Assembly: GCA_963782055.1 (NCBI GenBank)
Contig: CAWAIF010000003.1
Coordinates: 4,768,001 to 4,832,000 of the forward strand
Source of the DNA: an uncultured delta proteobacterium
GTDB lineage: Bacteria > Myxococcota_A > Polyangia > Polyangiales > Polyangiaceae
Direction of reading: 5' to 3'
Length of the DNA stretch: 64,000 bases
Below, one piece after another: positions 9,675 through 19,476 of this stretch. The stretch's first letter is position 1; each line of letters opens with the position of its first letter. Under the pieces are notes generated by a model, which had not been told where the DNA came from, did not search any database, and saw nothing but the letters and a program-made list of their open reading frames with translations. The translations under genes were made by a program, and so were the position numbers.

Positions 9675-10468
9675 GGCTCGACCGACTTCTTCATGATGGC
9701 GATGGCCCGCGCGCGCGTCACGACGCGCCGCAGGAAGAAGCTCGCCAGCTTGTTGACCGTCCCCGGCACGACGACCGGACCGCGTCCGAGCGCGTGCAGC
9801 GTCTCCTCCACCACCGCGAGCGGCGCCATCGTCCCGGGGGCCTCCTTCCCGCCGCCGAGCATGCGCTGGTAGTTGGGCGTGCGGATGGCGCCCGCGCACG
9901 AGGCGATCACGTCCACCCCGCCCGGCCGGAGCTCCGCCCAGAGGCCCTCCGCGAGGGTGGTGAGGAAGGCCTTGCTCGCCGCGTAGGCGGCGAGCCGCGG
10001 CGAGCCGGTGAAGCCGGCGAGAGACGACATGATCACCAGCGCGCCGCGGCCGCGCGCGAGCATCGGTGGGACGACGGCGTGCGTGAAGCGCAGCGGCCCG
10101 TTCACGTTGACGTCCACGACGCGCAGGGCGTCGGCGAGCGGCCGCTCCAGCAGCGGCGCGACGAAGGAGTACGCCGCGTTGTAGACCGCCACCCCCACCT
10201 CGCGGTCCGCGAGCGCGGCGCCCAGCGCGCCGGCGAAGCCCGGGTCGGCGAGGTCCAGCGCCAGCGGGACGACCTCCACGCCGTGCCGCTCCCCGAGCTC
10301 GCGCGCCAGGTCCTCGAGCACGTCCGCCCGGCGGGCGACGAGCAGCAGGTCGAGCCCCCGCGCGGCGAGCGCCTCGGCGAAGGCGGCGCCGAGGCCCTCC
10401 GACGCCCCGGCGACGACCGCCCAGCGGCCGTACCGCTCGCGGAAGGGGAGCGCGAGGCGCCGCACCAC
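9671..10468 (-). CDS. Short-chain dehydrogenase/reductase (17-beta-HSD/KAR-like subgroup)
   Basis: YGRWAVVAGASEGLG, YNAA, SS and the catalytic YAASK. Confidence 0.9.
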   Translation of the reverse strand: MVRRLALPFRERYGRWAVVAGASEGLGAAFAEALAARGLDLLLVARRADVLEDLARELGERHGVEVVPLALDLADPGFAGALGAALADREVGVAVYNAAYSFVAPLLERPLADALRVVDVNVNGPLRFTHAVVPPMLARGRGALVIMSSLAGFTGSPRLAAYAASKAFLTTLAEGLWAELRPGGVDVIASCAGAIRTPNYQRMLGGGKEAPGTMAPLAVVEETLHALGRGPVVVPGTVNKLASFFLRRVVTRARAIAIMKKSVEP

Positions 10469-11274
10469 TAGCGCGACACCCCGGCGATGGCGTCCAGGAG
10501 CGCCGGCCCGTCCAGCGCGAACAGGTCGGTGTGATGCCCGCCCTGGATGGTGATGAGCTCCGCCCGCGGGAAGGTCTTCGAGAGCGCCTGGCCCATCGCG
10601 AAGGGGACGACCTCGTCCTGGGTGCCCTGGATGATCAGGACGGGCAACCGGATGCGCGGCGCCTTGGATCGGGTGTCGAAGCGGTCCCCCACCAGCCAGT
10701 GCACAGGAAGGAAGGGCGCGACCTTGGCACCGACGTCCGGGATGGAGGTGTACGGCGCCATCAGGACGAGCTCCCTCCCGAAGCCGCGCAGCGCCATCTC
10801 CGCCGCCACGCCGGTGCCCAGGCTGGTGCCCCAGAGCACCAGGCGATCGCGAGGGATCGCCAGCGCGTCCAGCAGCGCCTGCGCGTCGGCGTAGAGGCCC
10901 TGCTCGGTGGGCGACCCGGCGTCGCGCGAGAGGCCGTAGCCGCGGTACTCGGCGAGCACCACGTTCACGCCGCGCAGCGCGAGCTCACGCGCGATCTCCA
11001 CGTCGTCGAAGACCGTCTCGCCGTTGCCGTGAAAGTGCACGACGGTGGTGGCGGTCGCGCCGCCGCCCCTCGCCGCGAAGCGCATGGCGAAGACGGGTGT
11101 GCCGTCCTTCGCCGTCGCGTCGATGCGCGTCGCGTCGGACGGGATCGGGCGATCGGCCTCGACCGGCGCGGGGTAGAGCAGCCTGCGGTAGCTCGCCGCG
11201 CCCAGGACGCACACGCCGGCGTAGAGCAGGGCGAGGCCGGCGAGGAGCTGGATCACGCGGCGCCTCCATCTCAT
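10468..11274 (-). CDS. Alpha/beta hydrolase (ABHD13/17-like) with N-terminal membrane anchor
   Basis: HFHGNGE, EYRGYG, nucleophile GTSLG, G..DEVVP and GGHH; ATG overlaps the cobB stop (ATGA). Confidence 0.88.
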   Translation of the reverse strand: MRWRRRVIQLLAGLALLYAGVCVLGAASYRRLLYPAPVEADRPIPSDATRIDATAKDGTPVFAMRFAARGGGATATTVVHFHGNGETVFDDVEIARELALRGVNVVLAEYRGYGLSRDAGSPTEQGLYADAQALLDALAIPRDRLVLWGTSLGTGVAAEMALRGFGRELVLMAPYTSIPDVGAKVAPFLPVHWLVGDRFDTRSKAPRIRLPVLIIQGTQDEVVPFAMGQALSKTFPRAELITIQGGHHTDLFALDGPALLDAIAGVSR

Positions 11275-12023
11275 GACGTCGCGAAGAGCCCCGGCACCGC
11301 CTCGGTCGCGCGGCCGAGACGGCACTCGTCGAAGGCCCCGCCGTTCTCCGGCGCCTCCGGGCCGACGTAGACCGTGCGCGCGCCCGCCGCGCGCGCGGCC
11401 CGCACCAGGCCCGCCGCCGGGTAGACGGCCCCGGAGCTGCCGATGGTGACGAAGAGGTCGCAGGCGTCGACGGCGCGCGCGATGGCCTCCAGCCCGAAGG
11501 GCACCTCCCCGAACCAGCAGATGTGCGGGCGGACGCGCCCGCCGCACGCGCACCGCGGAATGCTCGCGTCGTCCTCGTACAGGCCCGCGTCCTCGAAGGG
11601 CTCCGCGCGATCGCAGCGCGGGCCGGGGCGCTCGCAGCGGCTCTTGGAGAGCTCGCCGTGCATGTGCAGCACGCGCCTGGAGCCGGCGCGCTCGTGGAGG
11701 GGGTCCACGTTCTGCGTGCAAAGGAAGAGTCGGTCGGCGAGGGCGCCCTCCACCGCGGCGAGCGCCACGTGCGCCGCGTTCGGCGCGACGGTCGCCGCCT
11801 GGGCGCGCCGCGCGGAGTAGAAGCGCCAGACGAGCACCGGGTCGCGCGCCCAGCCCTCCGGCGACGCCACGTCCTCGAAGCGATGCTCCTCCCACATGCC
11901 TCCCGCGTCGCGGAAGGTACGGATGCCGCTCTCCGCGCTGATCCCCGCGCCGGTCAGGACGAAGACGCGCCGCGCCGGGAGCACCGCGAGCGGCGCGAAG
12001 TCGGCGTGGGGCCTCACGTTCAT
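11271..12023 (-). CDS. cobB: NAD-dependent protein deacylase (sirtuin)
   Basis: TGAGISAESGIRTFR, TQNVD.LHERAG, HMHG, RPHICWFGE and GSSGAVYPAAG. Confidence 0.92.
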   Translation of the reverse strand: MNVRPHADFAPLAVLPARRVFVLTGAGISAESGIRTFRDAGGMWEEHRFEDVASPEGWARDPVLVWRFYSARRAQAATVAPNAAHVALAAVEGALADRLFLCTQNVDPLHERAGSRRVLHMHGELSKSRCERPGPRCDRAEPFEDAGLYEDDASIPRCACGGRVRPHICWFGEVPFGLEAIARAVDACDLFVTIGSSGAVYPAAGLVRAARAAGARTVYVGPEAPENGGAFDECRLGRATEAVPGLFATS

Positions 12024-12060
12024 GGTGTGCAGAGCATACGCGCGGACTATCCTCGTGCCC

Positions 12061-14511
12061 ATGGCACGGTGGGCGTTCGTCGCGACGGCAGGGCTGGCGC
12101 TGGTGCTCGGGACCATGGGCGGGTGCAGCTCGGACGACGCCGGCACGCAGGGCGCGGTCGCTCGCTTCACCCTCACCGCGGGACAGACGCCCCCGTTCCT
12201 CGATGTCCCCTACCCCACCGACGCGTACCTGAAGGACGGGCACGTCATGAACCCCCTGCCCGGGCTGGACGCGGTGGTCACGCAGAACGCCGACATCCTC
12301 TCCGGCGCCTTCGCCGAGCTGGACGGCTTCTCCCGCTTCACCCACGCCCTCTTCTACGTCGACGACATGGACGCCGCGCCCGTCGACGACGCTCCGCCCT
12401 CGGCGGTGATCGACAAGACCTCCCTACCGGCGGACGAGGACGCGTGCGTGGCCGACACCAGCTCGGTCTACCTGCTGGACATGGACGCGCCTGACCCCGC
12501 GCACGCGCGCGTGCGCTGCCGCGCCTACTTCCAGGACGACGCCATCCGCGGCTCGGACACGCGTCCAGTGGTGGCCGTCGGCCCGGCGCGCGGCATCGTC
12601 CTGGAGGAAGGCCACCACTACGCCGCCCTCCTGACGAGCCGCCTGCAGACGGCCGACGGGCGCGCGGTGCGCGCGAGCGCCGACCTGACCAACCTCCCCA
12701 CCACGCCGGAAGATGCGACGCAGAGGATGTATCGCGACGCCCTTGACCGCGCCGTCGCGCTCCTGGGGCCCGGCCTCGGCGGCGCGCGCATCGTCGCCAT
12801 CGCGCCGTTCACCACGCACACCCGCGCGCGCGAGCTGTTCCAGCTGCGCGCGACGCTCGACACCGAGCCAATCCCCCCGCTCTCCTTCGACCCGAAGGAG
12901 CTCGCGCCGATGGGCGCGGCCCGCTTCGCGCGGCCTGTCGGCGGCGTGCTGCCCGCCGGCTTCACCGCCAGCCTGGACGACTGGCTCGGCGTGGTCGACC
13001 CGAAGAACAAGCTCCCCGACGGCTCCGACGACTGGGACAACCAGCTCCCCGTGCGCGCGCACGATTACATCGCCGCGTGGGGGACGGCCGTCTTCGAGGC
13101 GTCCAGCTACCTGCGTGACGAGCCGGGCGGCTACGACAACCCGCTGCACGCGCACTTCGCCCGCGACGCGAGCGGCAACATCGTCCGCAGCCCCACCAAG
13201 CCGACGGCCAAGATCTGGGCATCCATCGCCGTCCCCGACGCCCCCATGCCTCCCGGCGGCTACCCGACGGTGATCGTGCAGCACGGCCTGGGCGCCTCGC
13301 GCGAGTACCTCGTCCAGGCGGCCAACGTCTTCTGCACCAAGGGCTGGATGGTGGTGGGCGTCGACAGCATCACCTTCGGCGCGCGCGCCGTGGAGCCGGA
13401 GTTCCAGGTGGACGAGCACACCGACTACGAGAGCGCCCCCGGCGCAACGTACAAGGGGCCCGACGGCATCGCCGACAACACCCCCAGCGGGCGCAACCCG
13501 CCGACCGACCTCTTCGGCAACCTCCTGAACCTGGGCGCGTTCCGCGATCAGCTCCGGCAGGCGGCGATCGACACGGTGAGTCTGGTCCGTGTATTGCGCA
13601 ACCATCCGGATCTCTCCCCCCTGAAGACGGGCGCGACCGTCCCGGCGATCGACCCCGACCACATCGCCTACGTGGGCGAGTCGCTCGGGTCCATCGAGGG
13701 CGAGATGGCGGCGGCGATCGAGCCGCACGTCCACCCGTGGGTCTTCTCCGTGGGCGGTGGCGGCTTCATCATGGAGGCGGCGGTGCACGGCCCGGGCATC
13801 GGCACGCTGCTCGGCGCCGCGGCGGGCCTGTATTTCCACTTCCTGCGCGACCGCCTCACCGAGTTCCACCCCCTGGTGAACCTGGTGCAGACGGCGGTGG
13901 AGCCGGCCGACCCGCTGCTCTACGCCGGCGACCTCATCCGCCACCCGCAGCCCGTCGGCGACGTGCCCCCCGCCCCGCGCGACGTGCTGCTCATCGAGTC
14001 GCTCTACGACGAGCTGGTCGCCAACGAGGCGGGCGAGGCCTGGGCGCGCGCCGCGGGCCTCGGGCTCGCCGAGCCCAACGTCGGGTCCAACGCCGGCATC
14101 ACCGACCTGCAGAGCCTCGAAGCCGGCGGAGGGCACGTGCCTCTGCCGAGCATCGGCCCCGACGCCTCCGGCACCATCCACGACGTGCCTCTACCGGGGA
14201 TCACCGGCCTGGTGGTGCAAGCAGGCCCCTGCGACCACGGCTCCGACTGGGTATCGAGCAAGGGCCAGCACCAGTTCGCCATCCCTTACGTGCGCTACGA
14301 CGACCCGGTGCTCTACGACCGGCTCCCCGTCGCCTTCGACATGCGCAACCCCTACCGTGCGCTGGCCCAGCAGATCACCGACTTCATCGGCGACCGCTTC
14401 GCCGGGAAGGCGCCCGGCGTGGTGGTTCACCAGCCACCCGTGCGGGACTTCGACGACGACGGAGTGAAGGACGACGTCGACCCCGACCCCAGCGACCCAT
14501 CCGTCAAGTAA
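12061..14511 (+). CDS. Large lipoprotein with a lipase-like alpha/beta hydrolase domain
   Basis: Lipobox MGGC; PYPTD N-terminal motif; VQHGLG; nucleophile YVGESLG; C-terminal D-rich DFDDDGVKD.VDPDP repeat. Confidence 0.75.
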   Translation: MARWAFVATAGLALVLGTMGGCSSDDAGTQGAVARFTLTAGQTPPFLDVPYPTDAYLKDGHVMNPLPGLDAVVTQNADILSGAFAELDGFSRFTHALFYVDDMDAAPVDDAPPSAVIDKTSLPADEDACVADTSSVYLLDMDAPDPAHARVRCRAYFQDDAIRGSDTRPVVAVGPARGIVLEEGHHYAALLTSRLQTADGRAVRASADLTNLPTTPEDATQRMYRDALDRAVALLGPGLGGARIVAIAPFTTHTRARELFQLRATLDTEPIPPLSFDPKELAPMGAARFARPVGGVLPAGFTASLDDWLGVVDPKNKLPDGSDDWDNQLPVRAHDYIAAWGTAVFEASSYLRDEPGGYDNPLHAHFARDASGNIVRSPTKPTAKIWASIAVPDAPMPPGGYPTVIVQHGLGASREYLVQAANVFCTKGWMVVGVDSITFGARAVEPEFQVDEHTDYESAPGATYKGPDGIADNTPSGRNPPTDLFGNLLNLGAFRDQLRQAAIDTVSLVRVLRNHPDLSPLKTGATVPAIDPDHIAYVGESLGSIEGEMAAAIEPHVHPWVFSVGGGGFIMEAAVHGPGIGTLLGAAAGLYFHFLRDRLTEFHPLVNLVQTAVEPADPLLYAGDLIRHPQPVGDVPPAPRDVLLIESLYDELVANEAGEAWARAAGLGLAEPNVGSNAGITDLQSLEAGGGHVPLPSIGPDASGTIHDVPLPGITGLVVQAGPCDHGSDWVSSKGQHQFAIPYVRYDDPVLYDRLPVAFDMRNPYRALAQQITDFIGDRFAGKAPGVVVHQPPVRDFDDDGVKDDVDPDPSDPSVK

Positions 14512-14546
14512 AGACTTCGCGGCGCGGCGACGCGCCCAGGCGGCGG

Positions 14547-14625
14547 TTGCGACGCGTGGACGTTGGCATAGACTAGTCGTCGGCTCGCCTCTCCGCGCCC
14601 CGCGCGGAGTCCGGGCCCAAGGAGG
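14547..14625 (+). promoter_or_regulatory. Putative sigma70-type promoter and strong RBS
   Basis: TTGCGA-N16-TAGACT (14547-14574) and AAGGAGG (14619-14625) ahead of TTG 14633. Confidence 0.4.
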
Positions 14626-14632
14626 CACCCCG

Positions 14633-16087
14633 TTGGGCGCGATCGAAGACGCGGCCCCTCAAAGAGGAACGGACGTCGGCATCGACATCGCCGCCGGCGA
14701 TCAGGTGGAGCTGCTCTCCGCCGACCTCTCCCTGGCGCGGGCCCTTTTCGACGGCGTGCCGGTCGCGAGGCTCCTCGCGCGCGCGCGCGTGGGCCGCGAC
14801 GAGCGGGATCTCGCCGCCCCGGCCGAGGGCGGACGCGTCAGCTTCACCTTCGACGCCCTGCTCGTGCGCGTCTGCTCCGCCAGCGTGGTCGCGACCGACA
14901 GGGTGAAGGTGGCCGTCGCGCGGCAGGCGCGCGCGGCGTCGGTGGAGGGCCCGCTCGCGGCGAGCGACGCCACCATCGCCACCCTCGTCTACGCCGTGGC
15001 GATCGCGCCGGACCCCGACGCCTCCATGGCCGAGGCCTTCCTGGAGTCCACGCAGACGGGGCTCACGCTCAAGGCGGCGGAGACCATCGGCGCGTACGTC
15101 GAGAAGGTGGGGGAGGCCGCGGCGGCCTACGACGCGCGCGTGCGATCCGTCGACCCGCGCGGCGCCCTCTTCGAGGCCTGCGTGCGCCTGGCGACACGCG
15201 CCGTGGTCGGGCCGATGCCGGCGTCCCGCCTCTTCGAGGCCGCGCGGCGCCTGTACCGTGCCGGCCTCGCGAGCCCCCTGCTACGCCCGGCCGCGTCGCC
15301 GCTCTACCCCCAGGGCATCGACGCCGAGATGCCGCGCAAGCTGCGCCGGATGGTGTCGCTCGACCGCGCCCCGCTCGAGGCGCTCACGTCGCGCGACCCG
15401 CGCGAGCTCGCCGCCGCCCTCGCCCGCCTCGAGGGGGCCCGCGAGAGCTCCGCGGAGATCCAGCTCCTGCGCCTGGACTCGCTCGTCGCCGACCTCACCG
15501 TCCTGCTCGGGCACGCGGGCGCGCCGGCGCTCGCGGTGAAGGTGCCCGAGCCGGAGCCGCTCGCCGCGCCGGACTCCGCGCGCCCCTCGTGGCAGCCGCA
15601 CGACTGGTCCAGCCGCGAGGCCGCGGAGGCGCTCGCCACCGCGCTGGAGCGCGGCACCACCACCCTCCCGCGCGCCTACGTCCTGGTGCAGCGCGGGGGT
15701 GACGCGGCGCTGGACGCCGTGGGCGCCGAGATGCTCCGCGTCGACGCCCACCCTTACGCGAGCGCCGCCATCGCCGAGATCCTCGCGCGCAGCCAGCGCC
15801 CGCGCGACGTCATGCGGCTCGTCACCTACTTCGCGGTGGCGCCCGACCCGACGATCGCCGCGCGCACGCTCAGCGCGTGCGGGGCGCCGGAGCTCCCCGG
15901 CGTGCTGCGCGCCTGGCTCGAGGCGATGCTCCCGCACGACGGCACGGCCGTCCCCTTCCGCGACGACCCGCACACCTCCACCGCGGGCCGCGTGACGGCG
16001 TGCATCGCCGCGCTCAAGCCGTACCCCAACCTGTACGGCGCGGTGAGCCCGCTGCTCGACCGCGTGAGCAACCCGCCACCCGGCTGA
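14633..16087 (+). CDS. Hypothetical helical protein
   Basis: 484-aa ORF with host-like codon bias and a strong RBS; no motif recognised. Confidence 0.65.
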   Translation: MGAIEDAAPQRGTDVGIDIAAGDQVELLSADLSLARALFDGVPVARLLARARVGRDERDLAAPAEGGRVSFTFDALLVRVCSASVVATDRVKVAVARQARAASVEGPLAASDATIATLVYAVAIAPDPDASMAEAFLESTQTGLTLKAAETIGAYVEKVGEAAAAYDARVRSVDPRGALFEACVRLATRAVVGPMPASRLFEAARRLYRAGLASPLLRPAASPLYPQGIDAEMPRKLRRMVSLDRAPLEALTSRDPRELAAALARLEGARESSAEIQLLRLDSLVADLTVLLGHAGAPALAVKVPEPEPLAAPDSARPSWQPHDWSSREAAEALATALERGTTTLPRAYVLVQRGGDAALDAVGAEMLRVDAHPYASAAIAEILARSQRPRDVMRLVTYFAVAPDPTIAARTLSACGAPELPGVLRAWLEAMLPHDGTAVPFRDDPHTSTAGRVTACIAALKPYPNLYGAVSPLLDRVSNPPPG

Positions 16088-16125
16088 GGCGGCGCGAGGC
16101 CATACGCGCGTGATATCCTCCGAAG

Positions 16126-17097
16126 GTGCGTCGCTTCCTCGCCATCGCCGGCTCCCTGGCGCTCGTCTCGTGCGCGGCGATCCTCGGCATCGACGACGGC
16201 ACGCCCCGCGACGATGACGCCGGCCTCGACGCCGCGACGGCCGACGTCGCGATGGACGCGCCCGCGGAGGCGGCGACGGAGGCACCACCACCGCCGCCCT
16301 GCGACGTGACCACCCCCTTCGGCACGCCGGTGCCGATCACCGAGCTCAACACCACCTCCGCCGAGGAGCACCCGCACCTGACACCGGACGAGCTCACGAT
16401 CTACTACCAGAGCAACCGCAACGGCGGCGCGGGCAAGTCCGACATCTGGAGGGCGACGCGGCCGACCCGGACCTCGCCCTTCGCCGCGCCGGTCAACCTG
16501 AGCGGCATCAACACGACGGGGCAGGAAGCCGATCCCGCCATCTCCGCCGACGGCCTCACCCTCCTCTTCTTCACCGACCGCTCCGGCGGCGGCGACATCT
16601 GGTTCGCGCAGGCGGCCGACGGCGGCTTTGGCGCGCCCGCCATGCTGCCGCTCGTCAACACCTCCTCCCTCGACTTCGGCCCCTCGCTGCAACCGGGGGC
16701 GCTGGTGCTCTACTTCGCCTCTGCCCGCAACAGCGACGCGGGCCTGACGAACGTGTTCGTCGCGTCGAGCAACGACGCCGGGGTCACCGGCGTGAGCAGC
16801 GTCGGCCCCGTCAACACGGCCAACCACAAGGATGGCTACCCCGCCATCTCGGCGGACGGCCTCGTCTTGTACTTCGCCTCCGACCGACCCACCAACGGGC
16901 TGGGCGACTGGGACGTGTGGGTCTCGGTGCGCGCCTCCACCGCCGACGCCTTCGGCACCCCGACCGACGTGACCGAGGTCAACACGTCCTCCAGCGACGA
17001 GCCAGGGTGGCTCTCCGCCGACCTGTGCCGCCTCTACCTCTCGAGCAGCCGCGGGGGGAACAACGATCTGTACATCGCGGAGCGAGCGCCGCCCTGA
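16126..17097 (+). CDS. PD40/TolB-like beta-propeller repeat lipoprotein
   Basis: Lipobox LVSC; repeated 'P.ISADGL.LYF.S.R...DIW' units. Confidence 0.85.
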   Translation: MRRFLAIAGSLALVSCAAILGIDDGTPRDDDAGLDAATADVAMDAPAEAATEAPPPPPCDVTTPFGTPVPITELNTTSAEEHPHLTPDELTIYYQSNRNGGAGKSDIWRATRPTRTSPFAAPVNLSGINTTGQEADPAISADGLTLLFFTDRSGGGDIWFAQAADGGFGAPAMLPLVNTSSLDFGPSLQPGALVLYFASARNSDAGLTNVFVASSNDAGVTGVSSVGPVNTANHKDGYPAISADGLVLYFASDRPTNGLGDWDVWVSVRASTADAFGTPTDVTEVNTSSSDEPGWLSADLCRLYLSSSRGGNNDLYIAERAPP

Positions 17098-17115
17098 CGC
17101 GCGGATACGTGCACT

Positions 17116-18687
17116 CTACACCGGAATGATGCCCCGCTTGCGGGCCGGCCGCTCCATCGTCTTGTGCCGGGCGAGCTCCAGCCCCCAGGCGATGGCGCGG
17201 CGGGTGTCGCGCGGGTCGATCACCTCGTCGATGAGTCCCCAGCCCGCCACCTTGTAGATGTCGATGTTCTTCTGGATCATCTCGACGATGGTCTTCTTGG
17301 CCTCCGGCGGGGGCTCGGTGTCGCCGAAGAGCTTGCGCGCGGCGATCCCCACCATCCCCTCCGCGCCCATCACGCTGATCTCGCCGGTGGGCCAGCTCAC
17401 GATGAGGTCCGGCTCGTAGGCGCGGCCCGCCATGACGTAGTAGCCGGCGCCGTACGCCTTGCGCACCACCACGGTGATCTTCGGCACCGTCGCCGCGCTC
17501 ATCACGTGCAGCATCTTGGCGCCGTGACGGATGATGCCCGCGTGCTCCACCTTGGAGCCCACCATGAAGCCGGGCACGTCCTGCAAGAAGACGAGCGGCA
17601 CGTTGAAGGCGTCGCAGATCTGGATGAAGCGCGCCGCCTTGTCGGCGGAGTCCACGTCCAGGATGCCGCCGAGGTACATCGGCTGGTTGGCGACGATGCC
17701 CACGCTCTTGCCGCCCACCCGCGCGAAGCAGGTGATGACGCTCCGCGCCCAGCGCGGCTTGATGTCCAGGATGTCGCCGCCATCGACGAGCATCTTGATG
17801 AGCTTGTACATGTCGTACGGCTTGCGCGTGGACTCCGGGAGCAGGTCGAGCAGCGCCTCGTCGCGGCGCTCCACCGGGTCGGTCACCGGCAGCTCCGGCG
17901 GCGACTCGTCGCAGTTGGAGGGCAGGAAGGAGAGGTACTTCTTCACCGCCGCGATGCACGCCGCGTCGTCGGCGAACTCCCCGTCACCCACGCCACTCAC
18001 CTCGCTGTGCACCTTGGAGCCGCCCAGGTCCTGCTCGGCGATCTCCTGCCCGGTCACCGCCTTCACCAGCGCCGGACCGCCGAGCGCCAGGCTCCCGATG
18101 TTCTTCACCATCGGCACGTAGTCGGCGAGGCCGGGGATGTACGCGGTACCCGCCGCGCCCGGCCCGACCATCGCCGCCACCTGCGGGACCACGCCGCTCA
18201 TGTGCACCTGCTCGCGGAAGAGGTGCCCCGTCCCGGCGAAGAGCGAGATCATGTCGGGGTGGCTGGAGCCGGGGTCGATGCGCGCACCGCCGGAGTCGAT
18301 GAACCACACGATGGGCCAGCGCCCGCGCAGGCTCATCTGCCGCAGGCGCGTCACCTTCTCCTCGCCGGTGTAGCCGATGCTCCCGCCCTTCACGGTGAAG
18401 TCGTAGGCGGCGACGCACACCATCCGCCCGTCCACCTTGCCGAAGCCGGTGACGACGGCGTCGGCTGGGGGCTTGTCCTTGCCGTCCGGCCCGGCGGCCA
18501 GGCCCATCTGCGTCCCGTGCGCGCCGATCTCGAAGAACACCCCGCCGTCGAAGAAGGCGGCCATGCGCTCGCGCGCCGTCATCTTCCCGCGGGCGTGCTG
18601 CTTCTCCACCCGCGCGGGCCCGCCCATCTTGCGGATCTCCTCGAGGCGCTTCTCCAGGTCGGCGACCAGCTCACGCATGTTCGGCAT
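17116..18687 (-). CDS. Acyl-CoA carboxylase carboxyltransferase (beta) subunit
   Basis: GKMTARER, DFTVKGGS, DSGGARI, QDVPGFMVG, RKAYGAG and IDEVIDP.DTR. Confidence 0.93.
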   Translation of the reverse strand: MPNMRELVADLEKRLEEIRKMGGPARVEKQHARGKMTARERMAAFFDGGVFFEIGAHGTQMGLAAGPDGKDKPPADAVVTGFGKVDGRMVCVAAYDFTVKGGSIGYTGEEKVTRLRQMSLRGRWPIVWFIDSGGARIDPGSSHPDMISLFAGTGHLFREQVHMSGVVPQVAAMVGPGAAGTAYIPGLADYVPMVKNIGSLALGGPALVKAVTGQEIAEQDLGGSKVHSEVSGVGDGEFADDAACIAAVKKYLSFLPSNCDESPPELPVTDPVERRDEALLDLLPESTRKPYDMYKLIKMLVDGGDILDIKPRWARSVITCFARVGGKSVGIVANQPMYLGGILDVDSADKAARFIQICDAFNVPLVFLQDVPGFMVGSKVEHAGIIRHGAKMLHVMSAATVPKITVVVRKAYGAGYYVMAGRAYEPDLIVSWPTGEISVMGAEGMVGIAARKLFGDTEPPPEAKKTIVEMIQKNIDIYKVAGWGLIDEVIDPRDTRRAIAWGLELARHKTMERPARKRGIIPV

Positions 18688-18696
18688 CGTCTTCCT

Positions 18697-19476
18697 CTAT
18701 TTCCCGGTCCACTTCGGCTGGCGCTTCTCCAGAAACGCCATCAGGCCCTCGCGCGCGTCGTCGGTGCCGAGGCACTCGCCGAGCTTCTCGCGCAGCACGG
18801 GCAGCGACTGCTCCAGCGGCTCGCCGTCCTGCGCGGCGAAGGCGCGGAGCCCGAGGCGCATGGCGACGGGCGCGCGCCCGGCGAGATCCTCGCAGAGTGC
18901 GTCCACCTCCCCGTCCAGCGCCGCGGCGTCGACGGCGCGGTTGACCAGCCCCACCTCGGCGGCGCGCGCGGCCGGGAGCTTCTGCCCGCGCAGCATCATG
19001 TCCAGCAGCGCACGCCGCGGCATCACGCGCGCCAGCACCGCCATGATCATGAAGGGGAAGAGGCCGACGTCGATCTCCGGCGTGCCCAGCTTCGCCTCCG
19101 CCGCGGCGATCGCGAGGTGGCTCGCGGCGACGAGGCCGAGGCCGCCGCCCATGGCGTGCCCGTTGACGCGCGCGACGATGGGCTTCTCGAAGCGCGTCAT
19201 CGCGAGCAGGAGGTCGGCGTAGTCGCCCTTGAACGGCAGCGTGTCGCCGTCCGACCCCTGCCCGGTCATCTGCTGGAAGTCCCCGCCCGCGCAGAAGGCC
19301 TTGCCCTCGCCGGTGAGCAGCACCACGCGCACCGCCTCGTCCTTCGCGGCCTCCTCCAGCGCGTGGAGCAGCTCGTTGACCATCACCGGGCCGATGGCGT
19401 TGCGCCGCTCCGGGTTGAAGAGCGTCACGCGGAAGACGGCCCCCGCCCGCTCCGTCCTGATCTTGGAGAAGCCCAT
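18697..19476 (-). CDS. Enoyl-CoA hydratase/isomerase (crotonase family)
   Basis: RRNAI, AFCAGGD, VNGHAMGGG, PEIDVG and EGLMAFLEKR.PKW; ATG 19476 abuts the upstream stop. Confidence 0.92.
   Translation of the reverse strand: MGFSKIRTERAGAVFRVTLFNPERRNAIGPVMVNELLHALEEAAKDEAVRVVLLTGEGKAFCAGGDFQQMTGQGSDGDTLPFKGDYADLLLAMTRFEKPIVARVNGHAMGGGLGLVAASHLAIAAAEAKLGTPEIDVGLFPFMIMAVLARVMPRRALLDMMLRGQKLPAARAAEVGLVNRAVDAAALDGEVDALCEDLAGRAPVAMRLGLRAFAAQDGEPLEQSLPVLREKLGECLGTDDAREGLMAFLEKRQPKWTGK

Noticed and set aside
11271..12023. Sirtuin as an anti-phage (Thoeris/DSR-type) effector
   Set aside because: It is a canonical short CobB deacylase with Zn-binding Cys and no defence-gene context
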